Below, piece after piece: positions 15,591 through 29,105 of a stretch of DNA of 64,000 nt. The notes beneath the pieces are model-generated. The model saw only the letters and a program-made list of their open reading frames with translations. It searched no databases and had not been told where the DNA came from. Source of the stretch: the human T2T-CHM13v2.0 reference genome, Homo sapiens; the NCBI RefSeq assembly GCF_009914755.1, contig NC_060929.1, one strand, 5' to 3'. The number at the start of each line of letters is the position of its first letter. The first letter of the stretch is position 1. The translations under genes were made by a program, and so were the position numbers.

Positions 15591-17429
15591 CATGTTTACT
15601 CACGCCAGGAGCTGAATTTATTCTGAACAATACCCACAGACAGTCTTTGTGTGGTCTTATTCCTTGGAGATGTCTTCGTGGTGCTTACCAGTGTGGAACA
15701 AGATTGCTTTCTAACTACCTGCATGGCAAATAAATTGTGTTCTTGTTAGTGTTGAATATTTAAATAAAATAGGATAAGAATCAAGTGCAGTATTTTTAGT
15801 AGGCTGAAACTCACATAACACCATGTAGTGGCGAGGCAGTAAGTGGCACACCTTCCCTATTTTACAACCTTTTCCTCAAGTCTTACTGGGGTGAAACCCG
15901 TCTATTCATGAAAGGCTAGCTCAGACTGTATTCCATGCCTAGGATATAAGCAGCACCCAACATAGGGAGTTATGATTTCCATTATTTTCACATAGACACT
16001 GGAAGGCTAGAACCTCAGGGGTATGGAGGGATCGTGGTGTATGTTTTGCTCCTGGTCCTGTGGCAGCAATTCCAGAGGCTTAGCTGCGGTTCCTATGCGC
16101 TGCCATGGCCCATCACTTGGACTCACGCAGCATGGTAGATGAGGAGACTCTCCTTGCTGGTGAAAAGTTGTCATCAGTTTGGAATTAACACTTAGTCACC
16201 TTGGGAATTATTTTGATTCCTTTCAAGAAAAGAAAATTTCACCTGTGTGGCCGAGGTGTTTTGGGAATTTACGTTCACAGGCAGTATTTTAAAGTGACGG
16301 CAAGTATTAGCCACAATATGAGATTATTAGGCCTGATGGACCAAGACTTCAGTTACAGCTGCTGGTGCATGTGAGAAATTGCTATGTGTGGCTACTAAGG
16401 CCTATTCAATTTGACTTCTCTGCCGTCTATCCATAGAGGTATCCATCCATATGTTTTTCTGCAAAATGTTTTTACTTTACATTCCAGCCATTTTCTGGCC
16501 TCCTAGAAACCCAGTTGTGTGGAAGTCAGTAAGGGCTACCCTACTATGCATTTACAAGGACACCTTTCTTACTGCCTTCAGTGTGAATGCCACCCCTTGA
16601 AACACAACTCTAACCAAAGTTACTGGACTCAGAGGTGATCCAAAGGTGAGGCCCTGGCTCAGAGTTTATTTTGCAAGATCCAGTCAAATGCATCTCAAAT
16701 TGAGGCCCAGAAAATACTCATTTTAACAAACTTTCCAGATGATTGTGATGCTGGTGATTAACAGGCTCTTTTGATGACTCTTTTGGACTCTGATGGCTCT
16801 TTGTCTTTTCTAGAATATTCCTTTTAACAAGACAGGGGAATAAAGGTAGCAGACTAGACAGAAGTGCACTAGTAGTTATCGGTGCCAATTCTGCCTCGAG
16901 TACTGAGTTGGGCTTGTATGATTTGTTAATGTAACTTAATTGAATTTTACCCAGTGTTTCTCAGTTCACCTTTCAGGAGAAGAACCAGGATGCCATATAA
17001 TCCTTTAATCCACTGGTCTCAAAGTTTAAAATGTCTATAACAGCCAGTCAGGCATCAAAAACATAGCTGACCAGTTTCTAGAGAATATTTGCACATCTAT
17101 GGGACTCAAGACCCACTTTGGATGTTTTCATGTTTCTAGAGATGTTTTCAGTTTCTAGAAAATATATGCCTCCATTTATTTCCTGACTTGCTGAATTTTT
17201 CAAATAAAGCTAGAAAAAAAAATATGCCCAATTTCTTGGTTTGTAAAAAGTGTTGGTGACAAGCATAAATTTTATAAAAAGTAGAACATGGGATGAACAA
17301 AACCCCTCTGTGGGCCAGATCCAGAGTATAACTTGTCCATTTGTAATCCTGATCTAATTCTTGACAATCACTGTTTGTTTTGAGATGGAAGAGACCTTTG
17401 GTTATGTGGAGTAGTAGAAAGGATACCAA

Positions 17430-17600
17430 ATATGTTGTCAGGGGACTTGATGTTAGTCTCGATTCTGCAAAACACTAGCTAGGAGACCTTGAGTAGTTCT
17501 CATCTCTCTGAGTATCAATATTGTACTGAAAAAAAAAAATGGGATTAATAGTACCTTCTTCACAGGACTAGTATAAGGCTAAAATGAAATACTATGTGTC
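17430..17600 (+). mobile_element. MIR
   Basis: gaccttgagtagtt...ctctctgag...aaaatgggattaatagtacct. Confidence 0.65.
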
Positions 17601-18305
17601 AGTATATTCTATACTTCAGTAACTCAAAAACAACCTTCACTTTTTTTGCCACAGCCAGATAACACATCTACTATTATTTACTTAATATTTTTCTTTCTTT
17701 TCACTTTTAAAAAATCTGAAATATCTACATAGCTCTCAGTCAAAGTAATACTATTCATAGAAATAGGAGTTCAGGCTAGGGACATGTTTTTCCCCATCAT
17801 ATGATAAATTAAATATGAAACACATTCAAATAGTTTGGCTATATGCCACTTTATACTTCCACAATACTTTCATAAGATTAATACACTTATAAAATAAAAT
17901 AGCAGATGAGTGGGTATAATTGCTTCAGTAGTAACTTTATGGCAAATGTTGATCATTACTTTTAATGAGGTAAAAATTGATTTTATATTTATGAAGTAGC
18001 TCTTAAACTAGGAGCTCTCAGTTTAATTTTTTCTCATTTTCAACTTGGGGCTTGCAATTCCTTTTCTGCTTTCTTTAATAAAAATCAGCATAGGGTAGGT
18101 AGGATCCAATAACCTAGGATGTATTTAATATCACAGCTTTTCCTTGATATTGATTTGTATATTTATAAACATTTCCATTTTTAGCATCTCATTTTAGTGT
18201 TAAGTCAATAAACAGTAATATCTTCAAATATATTTTTTTATTACATGGTTGATGGGTCTTTAGTATTCCAAGGTTGAAGTTAGATGATAAGGGAGTTAAG
18301 GTACC

Positions 18306-18663
18306 TGATACGGTTTGGCTGTGTCCCCACCCAAGTCTCACCTGAATTGTAATAATCCCCATGTGTCAAGGGTGGGGTCAGGTGGAGATAATTGAATCAT
18401 GGTGGTGGTTTCCCCCATACTGTTCTCATGGTAGTAAATAAGTCTCATGAGATCTGATGGCTTTCTGAATGGGAGTTTCCCTGCACAAGTTATCTCTTGC
18501 TTCCCACCATGTAAGATGTGACTTTGCTCCTCCTCTGCTTTCCACCATGATTGTGAGGCCTCCCCAGCCACATGGAACTGGGAGTCCATTAAACCTCTTT
18601 TTCTCTATAAATTACCCAGTCTCTGGTATGTCTTTATCAGCAGTGTGAGAACAGACCAATAAA
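18306..18663 (+). mobile_element. THE1 (B/C-like) solo LTR
   Basis: tgatacggtttggctgtgtccccaccc start, agaacagaccaataaa end, 5-bp TSD gtacc on both sides. Confidence 0.92.
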
Positions 18664-18689
18664 GTACCACACTTAGTTCCTAAGGCTGA

Positions 18690-19114
18690 CTCTGTAGTTA
18701 TTTACTCAACAAAAAACATATTGAGTATACAGCCTGGGCACTGGGAATACAGCAGAGAACAAAACGAAGTGTTAGTCCTTATGAAGTTTCAGTCTGGTGG
18801 GGGAAAATAAGTAATCAAAAATAATATATTTACTACATCAGCTGGTGATAAATGCTATGAAAACAAAAAGCAAAGGTGGAAAGAGACAGCAATAGGGTTG
18901 GTCCTATTTTATTAGAGCCTGAATAAGGTGAGAGAGTAAACCATGATGTTACCTAAAAGAAGTATGATCCAGCAAAAGAAAAATTAGGTATAAAGGCCTT
19001 GAGAAGGGTGCTAGGTGTGCTTGTGAAGTGGCAAAGAAGCCAGCATAGCTGATAGCTGGAAGAGATCAAGCAGGAAGGAGAGGGGCAGGTAATGGGGTCA
19101 AATAACATAGGCCT

Positions 19115-19148
<34 letters not shown>

Positions 19149-19500
19149 GAGTAAGCGGGAAGCCTTTGGGGAATGTGAGTAAAGGAGTGACATGATCTGA
19201 TATGATTTTGAGCTATCTGTCTAGCGATTATGTGAAAAAGAGACTTGAGAGGGATAAGTGTGGGAAAGGCAGACCAAAGACCGTTGTTATGCTGCCTTGA
19301 GAGAGCATGGTGGCTTGGACTAAAGTGATAGCCTTAGAGGTGAAAAAATGTTGTCAGATTCTGGACACATTTTAAAAGCAAAGTAGATGATACCCTCTGA
19401 TGAAATAGATGTGGGATAAGAAAGCAAAGAGTCAAAGATAAACCTAAAGTTTTCAGAAACAGAGCATTGGGAAGAATCAAGTTTTGATTTACTGTAATTT
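18690..19500 (-). mobile_element. L2 fragment with an internal poly(T) tract
   Basis: tttactcaacaaaaaacatattgagta..., aggagtgacatgatctga, cagattctggacacattttaaa. Confidence 0.7.
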
Positions 19501-21619
19501 TCACCTTTGCTAAGCCTTTCATGCTTTTTCCATACACAGGGCTGCCTTCACAGGGCACCCTGATATAACTTACTTCCCTGTATGGCAAAGGCTAGTTTAA
19601 ATTCATGCTTTATTATGCAAATAATATGCTTTTGGCCAGTGATCACTGACCACTTTTGTTAGAGTGGCCAAAAGTATCAATTAAAGAGCTCAAGATAAAC
19701 AGGGAATAATGCTTACTTTTCACCATTCTTCTCCTCTATTTGATTCTTTGTTTTAATGATGTATTACCTATACCTAAAACGATGAGCATTTCCCAAAAAG
19801 TTCATATCAAGTAAAATAATTCGACTTGAATTATTTCTCCCTTTCTTGTCTACTTTTTATTCCTATGAACCTAATCATCCACTATGTCCTGAACACCAAT
19901 CAGTACTCTTCTCTTTTTCTTTCTCTAAATACTATGTATCTTTGCACTTTAAATACTATTAAAAGCTTACCAGTGGGTTTTCATCAACCCTAAGTTGTAT
20001 TATCTCCTTTTACAGTTGAAAAAACTGAAGTTCAAAGACTTTACTTTAATTAATCAAGCTCACAAATCTCAGAAAATGTGGTACTGAAATTTGAAGGTAC
20101 AAGGGTCTGACTTGCAGGGCCAGCTCTTACATGCTATGCTTTACTGCATCAATGTTCTGCTTTTGCTGTATGGCATTCACAATAATCACATTCCTCTTAC
20201 TCTACTGATTCCACTAGCTTCCCAGTAGATTCTATTAAGATGTTGTCTTAAAGAAAAAGTGGAAATTTCTAAGTGGGGGACCTGTCTCCACCAGGAAGCC
20301 TTCCTTGAATGCCTCAGCTTTTCTATGAGTCTCATTTCTTCCTGAAATACTACAATATTGAAACATTCTCACTGGCATATCTAAAATATCAACTCCTTTG
20401 TGAAGCCTTCCAGACTATCACCATTGCAATGCCTCTCTCCTTCCTCCTCCTACAGTGCTAAACCATCTCTATTATGCCGCTTATTAGAGCCCACCTCCAG
20501 TAGCACTGGTCTTGTAGTACTAATAGTACTGTTGTTTGTTGGTGGTGTCAACTCTCCCATTGAGTTCCTTAAATGGGCACCATCTTTTTGTATTTTTCAT
20601 AGCCCAGCATTGGTACTAAATATATTTAATTATTTGAGCATAAGAATCTACGTTTATTCTATGTGTTTCCCAGTGCCTAGCAATACAGTTAGATATAAAG
20701 TAGGAATTGAATATATCTTGAATGAGCAAAGGGAAAATAGAGAGTTTCTATTTGTCACATTACCTTCTAAAGAAAAAAAAATGTATAGTCAGTTTCTCTG
20801 GCCTTTGTATATTCATGAATTTCCCTTCATAAGGAAGGTTTATATTTTTGTCAAAAGAATTTCTCTAGGATGTACATGGAGCTTACTGAGGCTGAGCTTT
20901 CTCTTTCATGCAGCAAAGGCCAAGTCAGCAGGGAGACTCCTGCCACCCACCCCAGCCTACTCCAAACTTCATGCAATTTTTATTAGCCCTCTTCTAGCCA
21001 GCCAACCCAGTATTGCAGTTGCATAAAAATTCAACCCTCTGGCATCTGATGAATAAAATAACTCTGTGGCCAGATAGACTTGTGGCAGGGGAGGGATTCA
21101 AAAGACATCCAGCTCTGCATCTACTCAGATTTCCTCAGTGAGGCATCCTTCCCATTTCAGTGCCCATCAGTAATTAGCCCAATGCCATTTGCTCACCTAG
21201 AGTGTCTTTGCAGTGGGAGGCAGAAGGGCAGGATGACTGGAAATCAGGAGACCTGCTCTAATATTTACTAACTTTTCCACTTGTCTCAATATTTCTGATT
21301 CTGCAAAATGGGAATTAAAAATCGCTTCAAAAGCCACTGGGTTGTTTCTAGAATCAAATGAGAGAGGACGTATGAAAATGTTTTCTAATAGATAATTCTA
21401 TTTATAAAATAACCTTAAAATGACCTGTCTTTGCAAGATGATCATTAGTAAAGTGAAGAAGAGGTGCTCAAATAAGAAAATGAAACACTTAGCACAGTCC
21501 TGGTACCTGGCAAATGCTCAGTATGGCTGAAGTAGTTGCTGCTTCTATCGGTTTTGTTGTTGTAACCTAGTTTCTTGACTTTACCCCTACCATGCTGATG
21601 ATCCCATCTCTAAAATTAG

Positions 21620-21850
21620 TAATAATTATTAATTTTGGGTGTTTGCTAAATGTCAGAAACTATGATAACTGCTTTGAAAAGATTTTCTCATTTAGTGCTG
21701 GTATCAAATGTCCCCGTCTCCTCTTCCTCCTCCTATTCTTTTACAAATGAGGAAATTTGTGTTGAGAGAGGTTGCGAGTAACTTAGTTTATAAGTAATCT
21801 GACATCTGAACATGACAGTCTTAACTCCAGAGGCCTTACATTTATTGCTA
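21620..21850 (-). mobile_element. MIR
   Basis: ttttacaaatgaggaaa...gagagaggtt core. Confidence 0.55.
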
Positions 21851-24575
21851 CAAATTATTGGCCATTGGTGTAATGTAACACTGTAAAAATAAATATAGTG
21901 AGGTATCTAGCTAAAGTAATTCTGGAATTTTATATTAATCATCTGCCTTTTGATCTGAGCAGTACACAAGACATCTTTAATTACCTTTGTAAATAAGGAA
22001 ACTGAGAGAGGCCTAAAATTGATCAAGAAATTGTGCCATTTCACAAAATTTTAGAATCTTGGAGCTCATCTTGTTTAAACCTGTCATCTTATAGAGGAGA
22101 TGTTTGTGGGGAAGAAAGCATCATCTATTCAGCATTATACGTTGAGCTAGTAATAACATCAAGGCTAAAATATATTCTCTTTTAACCATATTCAAGGACA
22201 AATTGACCAGGCATGGAAGCATTATCAATAGTTACATATCAGATCACATGAACTGATCTATACAGCTTTGGAATGAGTAAGATTTCTAATCTACTTTAAC
22301 TCCTTGTTTGCATAGAAATATGGTGTTAGTTCAGGTCCTGAAGTAATTCATGCCATTATTTCTACTGTGAGCAACTTTAGATTGAATCAAAGGCAGCTAT
22401 TGGAGGATTTACCAGGTTCTTTATTAACACCTGAAATGAAAAGTACAACGCAAATGGATCTTTTTACAAGGATACTTGAAGCAAATACGAGGCCAGTGGG
22501 GAAACTGATTTCCTCCTTAAGTTAGAGACACTAGAGGGAGGGGGTAGAGGCTCATTGACCTTAGTGTGTCTGACATTCTTGGGAGCGACAGAAGTGCTAA
22601 GCCTTTGTGATCTGACAATGGGTGCCAATATTTCATATGTAGTACAGAAACTATGATTTCTGGGATTATTTTTCTCCCTATTGAAACAAATAAGTATTGG
22701 AAAAGCACTTACTTTCACCAAAATCCTAAGCAACAATTCTTTCCTCATCTAACATTGTATGCTTTGCCAATGATAGTTTTGAAATCTATTTTTTCTTCTC
22801 TTTTCTTTCTCCCAGCAATGACACCCTAATAATGATGATGATACTTTAAAAAAAACACAGTAATAATGACTCATAAAAGCTCTCAGTCACTAGATAAAAA
22901 ACAAGATGCCAAGTTTGAGGCTCTCTTGTGATTTGGAAGAAATTATTTTTTTGTCATTGACTTATGTACTTCATCAAACAGCTTGCTATATAACTTGGCG
23001 ATGGTTCAGAGAGAGGTCTAATGCACATGAAATGTGGATGTTGAATCCAAAAATGCCACTGTATCTCTTAGTGGAAGAGAAAACTATATACTCAGGCTTG
23101 TGACAACTGTTAGACAAAGGATGCATAATAATACTTCTGGGGAGGACTTGTACACAGGCTATTGTGGATGAATAAGTGGAGCTGTCCGTGGAACTGGACA
23201 AAACCCAAGAATCTGTGCAAAGCCATCTGGAATATTTAGGCCTTCACAATGGGGGCAATCAGACTTCTTCTAAGAGGACTGATTGCTAGTCTTGTTAACA
23301 GGGAGGAGTTAGTGATCAATGTGTTTAATCACAGCCTGACAATAACTTCTAGTAAATAAGGACTTAAGGAAAAACATTTTAGACATGAATCAGTGTTCTA
23401 TAGTGTTTGAAAAGTTTTGTGTCTTGCTTCTTCTTTTCAAATCTATCAACCCAGGCAGGCTTTTTTTTTTTTCTTTTTAATGTCTGTCTTTTTCTTCATA
23501 ATAAAATCATATGGATAAAAGATACTGAAATCTGTAGAGCACAGGAATGTGACTTCATGGAAATGTGTGAGTGGAAATCTATAACACTGTAGGTGACTTT
23601 GGTTTGTGCTTATGTTTGGGCAAGAATAGGTAGTTGCTTATGTGTAGGTATTTTAACTCAATGAATAAAATTCCAGTGTTAGCAGTATCATCTTTGAGGG
23701 TGATTTGGAAATGTTCCAGGCACAGATTTAAATTATAGTGGAGCTAAACTGCAATAACACACATTCCCTGATGTCAGATTACAAAATAATATAAAGTATA
23801 ACAGGTGACATATTATATAGAATAAACTAATTCCTTTATTGAGAGGTACAGACAGTTTAATAGGAATGTAAACCAGACAGAGAGAGAGAGAGAGATTATA
23901 TATTTGGTAGAAAAACAAAAATGTGAGATGTAGAAAATGACATTTGAGATGGTCTTTGACAAGCAGACAAGATTTAAATTATCAGTAGTGGGTCATGTCA
24001 AGTATCATTTTTCCTATATAGTAATCTTTTATTTTAACTGTATAATCCTTCACGGTAGTATGACATACTAAAGAATTAAACTAAAGGATGCAAATTGGTG
24101 GTTTCAAAATTTTTCAACTAGTACAGATTTTTTGACTGAGCATTTTGTTACATATACTCTCATAGGTTTTTAAAAGCATTGCAATGAAATAGTGTTTCAT
24201 TTAGTAATAGAACAAGTGCTTAGTACATATTTTTGTATACCCAGAAAGCATTGTGATAACTTTATTAACCTTCATACGCTTGAATTTATGACCTCTGCCC
24301 TAAATAGTAATGAGTTTATCAAATTTATTTCTTTTGGAGACAGGGCTAATGTGGGCAGAATGAGGAATGGGATGTTTTGTGGAAAACAGGAGGCATTAAA
24401 AGAAAGTACTTGGTTATGGAAAGGAGGGAATGAGACCCCTTTCTATGGAAGTCATTAGTTCCTCTTTTATAGATAGAAAATTGAAACCCAAGGATTTAAT
24501 TAGAATCGCATAGTCAGCCAATGGCTAAACTTGGAAGTTGGTCAGTCAACCAGTCAACTTGTCACATGTTGTTTT

Positions 24576-24889
24576 TCTTTTTTCTTTTTCTTTTTTTTTT
24601 TTTTTTGAGAGAAAGTCTTGCTCTTGTCACCCAGGCAGGAGTGCGCTGGCATGATCTCAGCTCACTGCAACCTCCGACCCCTGGGTTCAAGTGATTCTCT
24701 TGCCTCAGTCTCCCAAGTAGCTGGGATTACAGGCACAGGCCACCATGCCTTGCTAATTTTTGTATTTTTAGTAGAGACGGGGTTTCACCCTGTTGGCCAG
24801 GCTCGTCTCAAACTCCTGACCTCGGGTGATCCTCCCGCCTTGGCCTTCCAAAGTGCTGGTATTACAGGCGTGAGCCACCACACCCAGCC
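24576..24889 (-). mobile_element. AluSx-like
   Basis: Reverse full dimer; TSD catgttgtttt at 24565 and 24890. Confidence 0.92.
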
Positions 24890-25762
24890 CATGTTGTTTT
24901 ACTTACACCCTAATAGAAGCTGTTTTCAAAGACAACTGCCTTCTAAATTTGAATGTTCACATACAGCTCATCCTGACAGGTTGACTTACAGGGACATCTC
25001 AGTCTTAGGGCAAAAATGATAATGATATTGATGATGATGGTGATAGCTTGAACCAAGCAAGCCATAGAAAAATGGGATCTGGATCAGTGAAAAAGGATAC
25101 AGATTTAAAAGCATTAGCAAGTTCATAGATTTCTAGTTGTTTAGTTGAATGAAGCACTAGGTAGTCTATTAAATTATTTATTCTGGTAATACCTTAATAT
25201 CTCCTGTTGAAATATACAGAAATATATTTTAATTATTTTTTTTTCTGAGAGAGAAAAATGTCCTAACTACCTGGCTGTTATTTGTGTTTTTCCTCTGACT
25301 ACCAATGTCTTTATTGTTTATCCTTTTTGCAGCAGGAATTTATAATGGATAAGAACATTTGGGTATAGGGGAAAATGCTGACATTGGAGATGAATCATTG
25401 AGTAAATTGACACAAATTTATTGTGACTGCAGGTCAGTGTGCTGACATCAATTCTCCCAAGCAAAATTGTTTTATCAAAATACAAATTAATGAAGAAAAA
25501 TTTTCTATTTTCTTTCCTTTGAAGAAATTATTCTTGGTCCTTCTTATATAGAGTGCCGAATATTTCTGAAAGTAATTATTCCTTAGGAAAATAAGCTTTG
25601 GATAACTTCATGAGTTGTAAAAAAAATGCTAATGAAGAATATCTGATTTTCTGGCTACAAGTAAGGCATTTTCCTTTTGTGAGACTGTGATGTTCAGAGT
25701 GGACTAAAGCATGCACAGTTTGAGTTTAATAGCACTTAGATACATTTGCATAATATTTTATG

Positions 25763-25958
25763 TCAGTGGTTGTCAAACTTTATAGTGTATCAGAATAACC
25801 AAGATGGCATGTTAAAATGATATTGCAAACTGCCAGCCCCTGCACCTCTCCCCCGGCATTTCTGATTCAGTAAGTCAGGGGTGGAGCATGAGAATTTTCA
25901 TTTCTATTAAGTTCTCAGGTTGTGCTAATGGTACTGACTTAAGGACTACATGTTGAGA
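25763..25958. mobile_element. MER5A-type DNA transposon
   Basis: cagtggttgtcaaactt...atcagaataacc...ttctgattcagtaagtc...ggactacatgttgagaa. Confidence 0.75.
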
Positions 25959-26292
25959 AAATGTTTTACACTGTGCTTTAAAAATTTATTTCATAGTAAT
26001 CATCAGGTTTGTTTATCAGATAAGCTTCATAAAATAGGAAAGGCTGGCAAAATTTATTGTATGTTATGCATGGTAAAAGGGGATGCTGAACTAATTTGCC
26101 AAAGTTTGTATGGTAAATCAGTGTTGAAAAACATACTGAAATCCATCTTCTAACCCGTAAAGTTGGCTTTAATGATGCAAAATCTTTTTTAAATGAGGCC
26201 CACTTGATGAGGCTAAGAAACAGACAGGGTATGAGATGATCTTTATTGGCAAGTAGATAAGATATAAATTATATAGGGAGTCTTTTGCCCTG

Positions 26293-29105
26293 TGATATGG
26301 TTTGGCTATGTCCCTGCCCAAATCTCACCTTGAATTTTAGCTCCCATAATTCCCATATGGTGTGGGAGGAATCCGGTGGGAGGTATTGAATCACGTGGAC
26401 AAGTCTTCCCCGTGCTGTTCTTGTGTTAATGGATAAGTCTCATGAGATCTGATGGTTTTATAAAGGAGATTTCCCCTACACAAGCTCTCTGGCCTGCTGC
26501 CATGTGAGATGTGACTTTGCTCCTCATTCACCTTCTGCCATGATTGTGAGGCCTCCCCAGCCACGTGGAACTGTGAGTCAGTTAAACTTCTTTTCTTTAT
26601 AAATTACCCAGTCTCAGGTATGTCTTTATTAGCAGCATGAGAACAGACTAATACAGTAAATTGTTACCAGTAGAGTGGGGTGCTGCTGTAAAGATACCTG
26701 AAAATGTGGAAGTGACTTTGGAACTGGGTAACAGGCAGAGGTTGGAGCAATTTGAAAGGCTCAGAAGAAGACAGGAAGATGTGCAAAAGTTTGGAACTTT
26801 CTAGAGACTTGTTGAATGGCTTCGACCAAAATGTTGATAGTGATATGGACAATGAAGTCCAGGGTGAGATGGTCTCAGATGGAGATGAGGAACTTGTTGG
26901 GAACTGGAGTAAAGATCTCTCTTGCTATGCATAGAGACTGGTGGCAATTTGCCCCTACCCCAGAGATCTGTGGAACTTTTAACTTGAGGGAAATGATTTA
27001 GGGTATCTGGCAGAAGAAATTCCTAAGCAGCAAAGCTTTTAAGAGCTAGCAGAGCATAACCGTTTAGAAAATTTGCAGCCTGAACTAGAAATACCATTTG
27101 ACCCAGCCATCCCATTACTGGATATATACCCAAAGGATTATAAATCATGCTGCTATAAAGACACATGCACACATATGTTTATTGTGGCACTATTCACAAT
27201 AGCAAAGACTTGGAACCAACCCAAATGTCCATCAATGATAGACTCGATTAAGAAAATGTGGCACACATACACCATGGAATACTATGCAGCCATAAAAAAG
27301 GATGAGTTCATGTCCCTTGTAGGGACATGGATGAAGCTGGAAACCATCATTCTGAGCAAACTATTGCAAGGGCAGAAAACCAAACACCACATGTTCTCAC
27401 TCATAGGTGGGAATTGAACAATGAGAACACTTGGACACAGGATGGGGAACATCACACACCCGGGCCTGTTGTGGGGTGGGGGAGGGGGGAGGGATAGCTT
27501 TAGGAGATACACCTAATGTAAATGAGGAGTTAGTGGGTGCAGCACACCAGCATGGCACATGTATACATATGTAACAAACCTGCACGTTGTGCACATGTAC
27601 CCTAGAACTTAAAGTATAATAATAATAAAAAATAATAAAAAAGAAAATTTGCAGCCTGATGATGCAATAGAAAAGAAACCCCATATTTTGAAGAGAAATT
27701 CAAGCTGGCTGCAGAAATTTGCGTAAGTAACAAGAAGCCAAATGTTAATCACCAAGACATTGGAAAAAATATCTCTAGGGCATGTTAGAGACTTTCATGG
27801 CAGGACCACCCATCACAGGCCTGTAGGCCTAGTAGGAAAAAATAACCATTTCATGTGCCTGGGCCAGGGCGCCCCTGCTACACAGCCTAGGGACTTGGTG
27901 CCTGCAACCCAGCTGCTCCAGCCATGGCTAAAAGGGGCCAAAATATAGCTTGGACCATGGCTTCAGAGGGTGCAAGCCCCAAGCCTTGGCAGCTCCCACG
28001 TGGTGTTGGTCCTGTGGGTGCACAGAAGCCAAAAATTGATGTTTGGGAACCTTCACTTATATTTCAGAGGATGTATGGAAATGCCTGGATGTCCAGGCAT
28101 AAGTTTGCTGCAGGAGTGGGGCCTTCATAAGAACCTCTGATAGGGCAGTGCATAAGGGAAATGTGGGGTTGGAGACCCCCCACACAGTCCACACTGGGGT
28201 ACTGCCTAGTGGAGCTGTGAGAAGAGGGCCACCATCTTCCAGACCCCAGAATGGTAGATCCACTGACAGCTCACACTGTGCACCTGGAAAAGCCACAGAC
28301 ACTCAATGACAGCCCATGAAAGCAACCAGGAGGGGAGCTGTACCCTGCAAAGTCACAGGGGTGGAGCTGCTTTGGGAGCCCACCTCTTGCATCAACCTGA
28401 CCTGGATATGAGATATGGATTCAAAGGAGATTATTTTGGAGCTTTAAGATTTGACTGCCCCACTGGATTTCAGACTTGCATAAGGTCTGTAGCACCTTCG
28501 TTTTGGCCAATTTAAGTGTATTTACCCAATGCCTATAGCCCCATTGTATCTAGGAAGTAACTAACTTGCTTTTGATTTTACAGGCTCATAGGCAGAAAGG
28601 ATTTTCCTTGTCTCAGATGAGACTTTGGACTGTGGACTTTTGAGTTAATGCTAAAATGAGTTAAGACTTTGGGGGACTGTTGGGAAGGCATGATTGGTTT
28701 TGAAATGTGAAGACATGAGATTTGGGAAGGGCCAGGGATGGAATGATATGGTTTGGCTGTGTCCCCACGCAAATCTTATCTTAAACAGTATCTCCCATAA
28801 TTCTCATGTGTCATGGGAGGGACCCGGTGGGAGGTAATTAAATCATGAGAACAAATGTTTCCCATGTTATTCCATTGATAATGAATAAGTTTCACAAGAT
28901 CTGATGATTTTATAAAGGGGAGTTCCCCTACACAAGCTCTCTTGCCTGCTGCCATGTAAGATGTAACTTTGCTCCTCATTCGCATTGTCATGATTGTGAG
29001 GCCTCCCCAGCCATGTGGAACTATGAGTCAATGAACCCTCTTTCCTTTATAAAGTATCCAGTCTCAGATATGTCTTTATTAGCAGCATGAGGACAGACTA
29101 ATACA
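26293..29105 (+). mobile_element. Full THE1B-like MaLR provirus: LTR 26293-26655, internal region 26656-28743, LTR 28744-29105
   Basis: Two direct LTRs running tgatatggtttggct...agactaataca; internal region starts gtaaattgttaccagtagagtgggg. Confidence 0.93.
27084..27641 (+). mobile_element. 5'-truncated L1PA (PA4/PA5-like) inside the THE1 internal region
   Basis: ORF2 C-terminus ([13 protein letters not shown]...FSLIGGN), 3'UTR, A-rich tail, 18-bp TSD agaaaatttgcagcctga at 27066 and 27642. Confidence 0.95.

Noticed and set aside
20400-21026. 208-aa ORF
   Set aside because: GTG start, runs across two L2 3'-end relics, no recognisable domain; probably chance.
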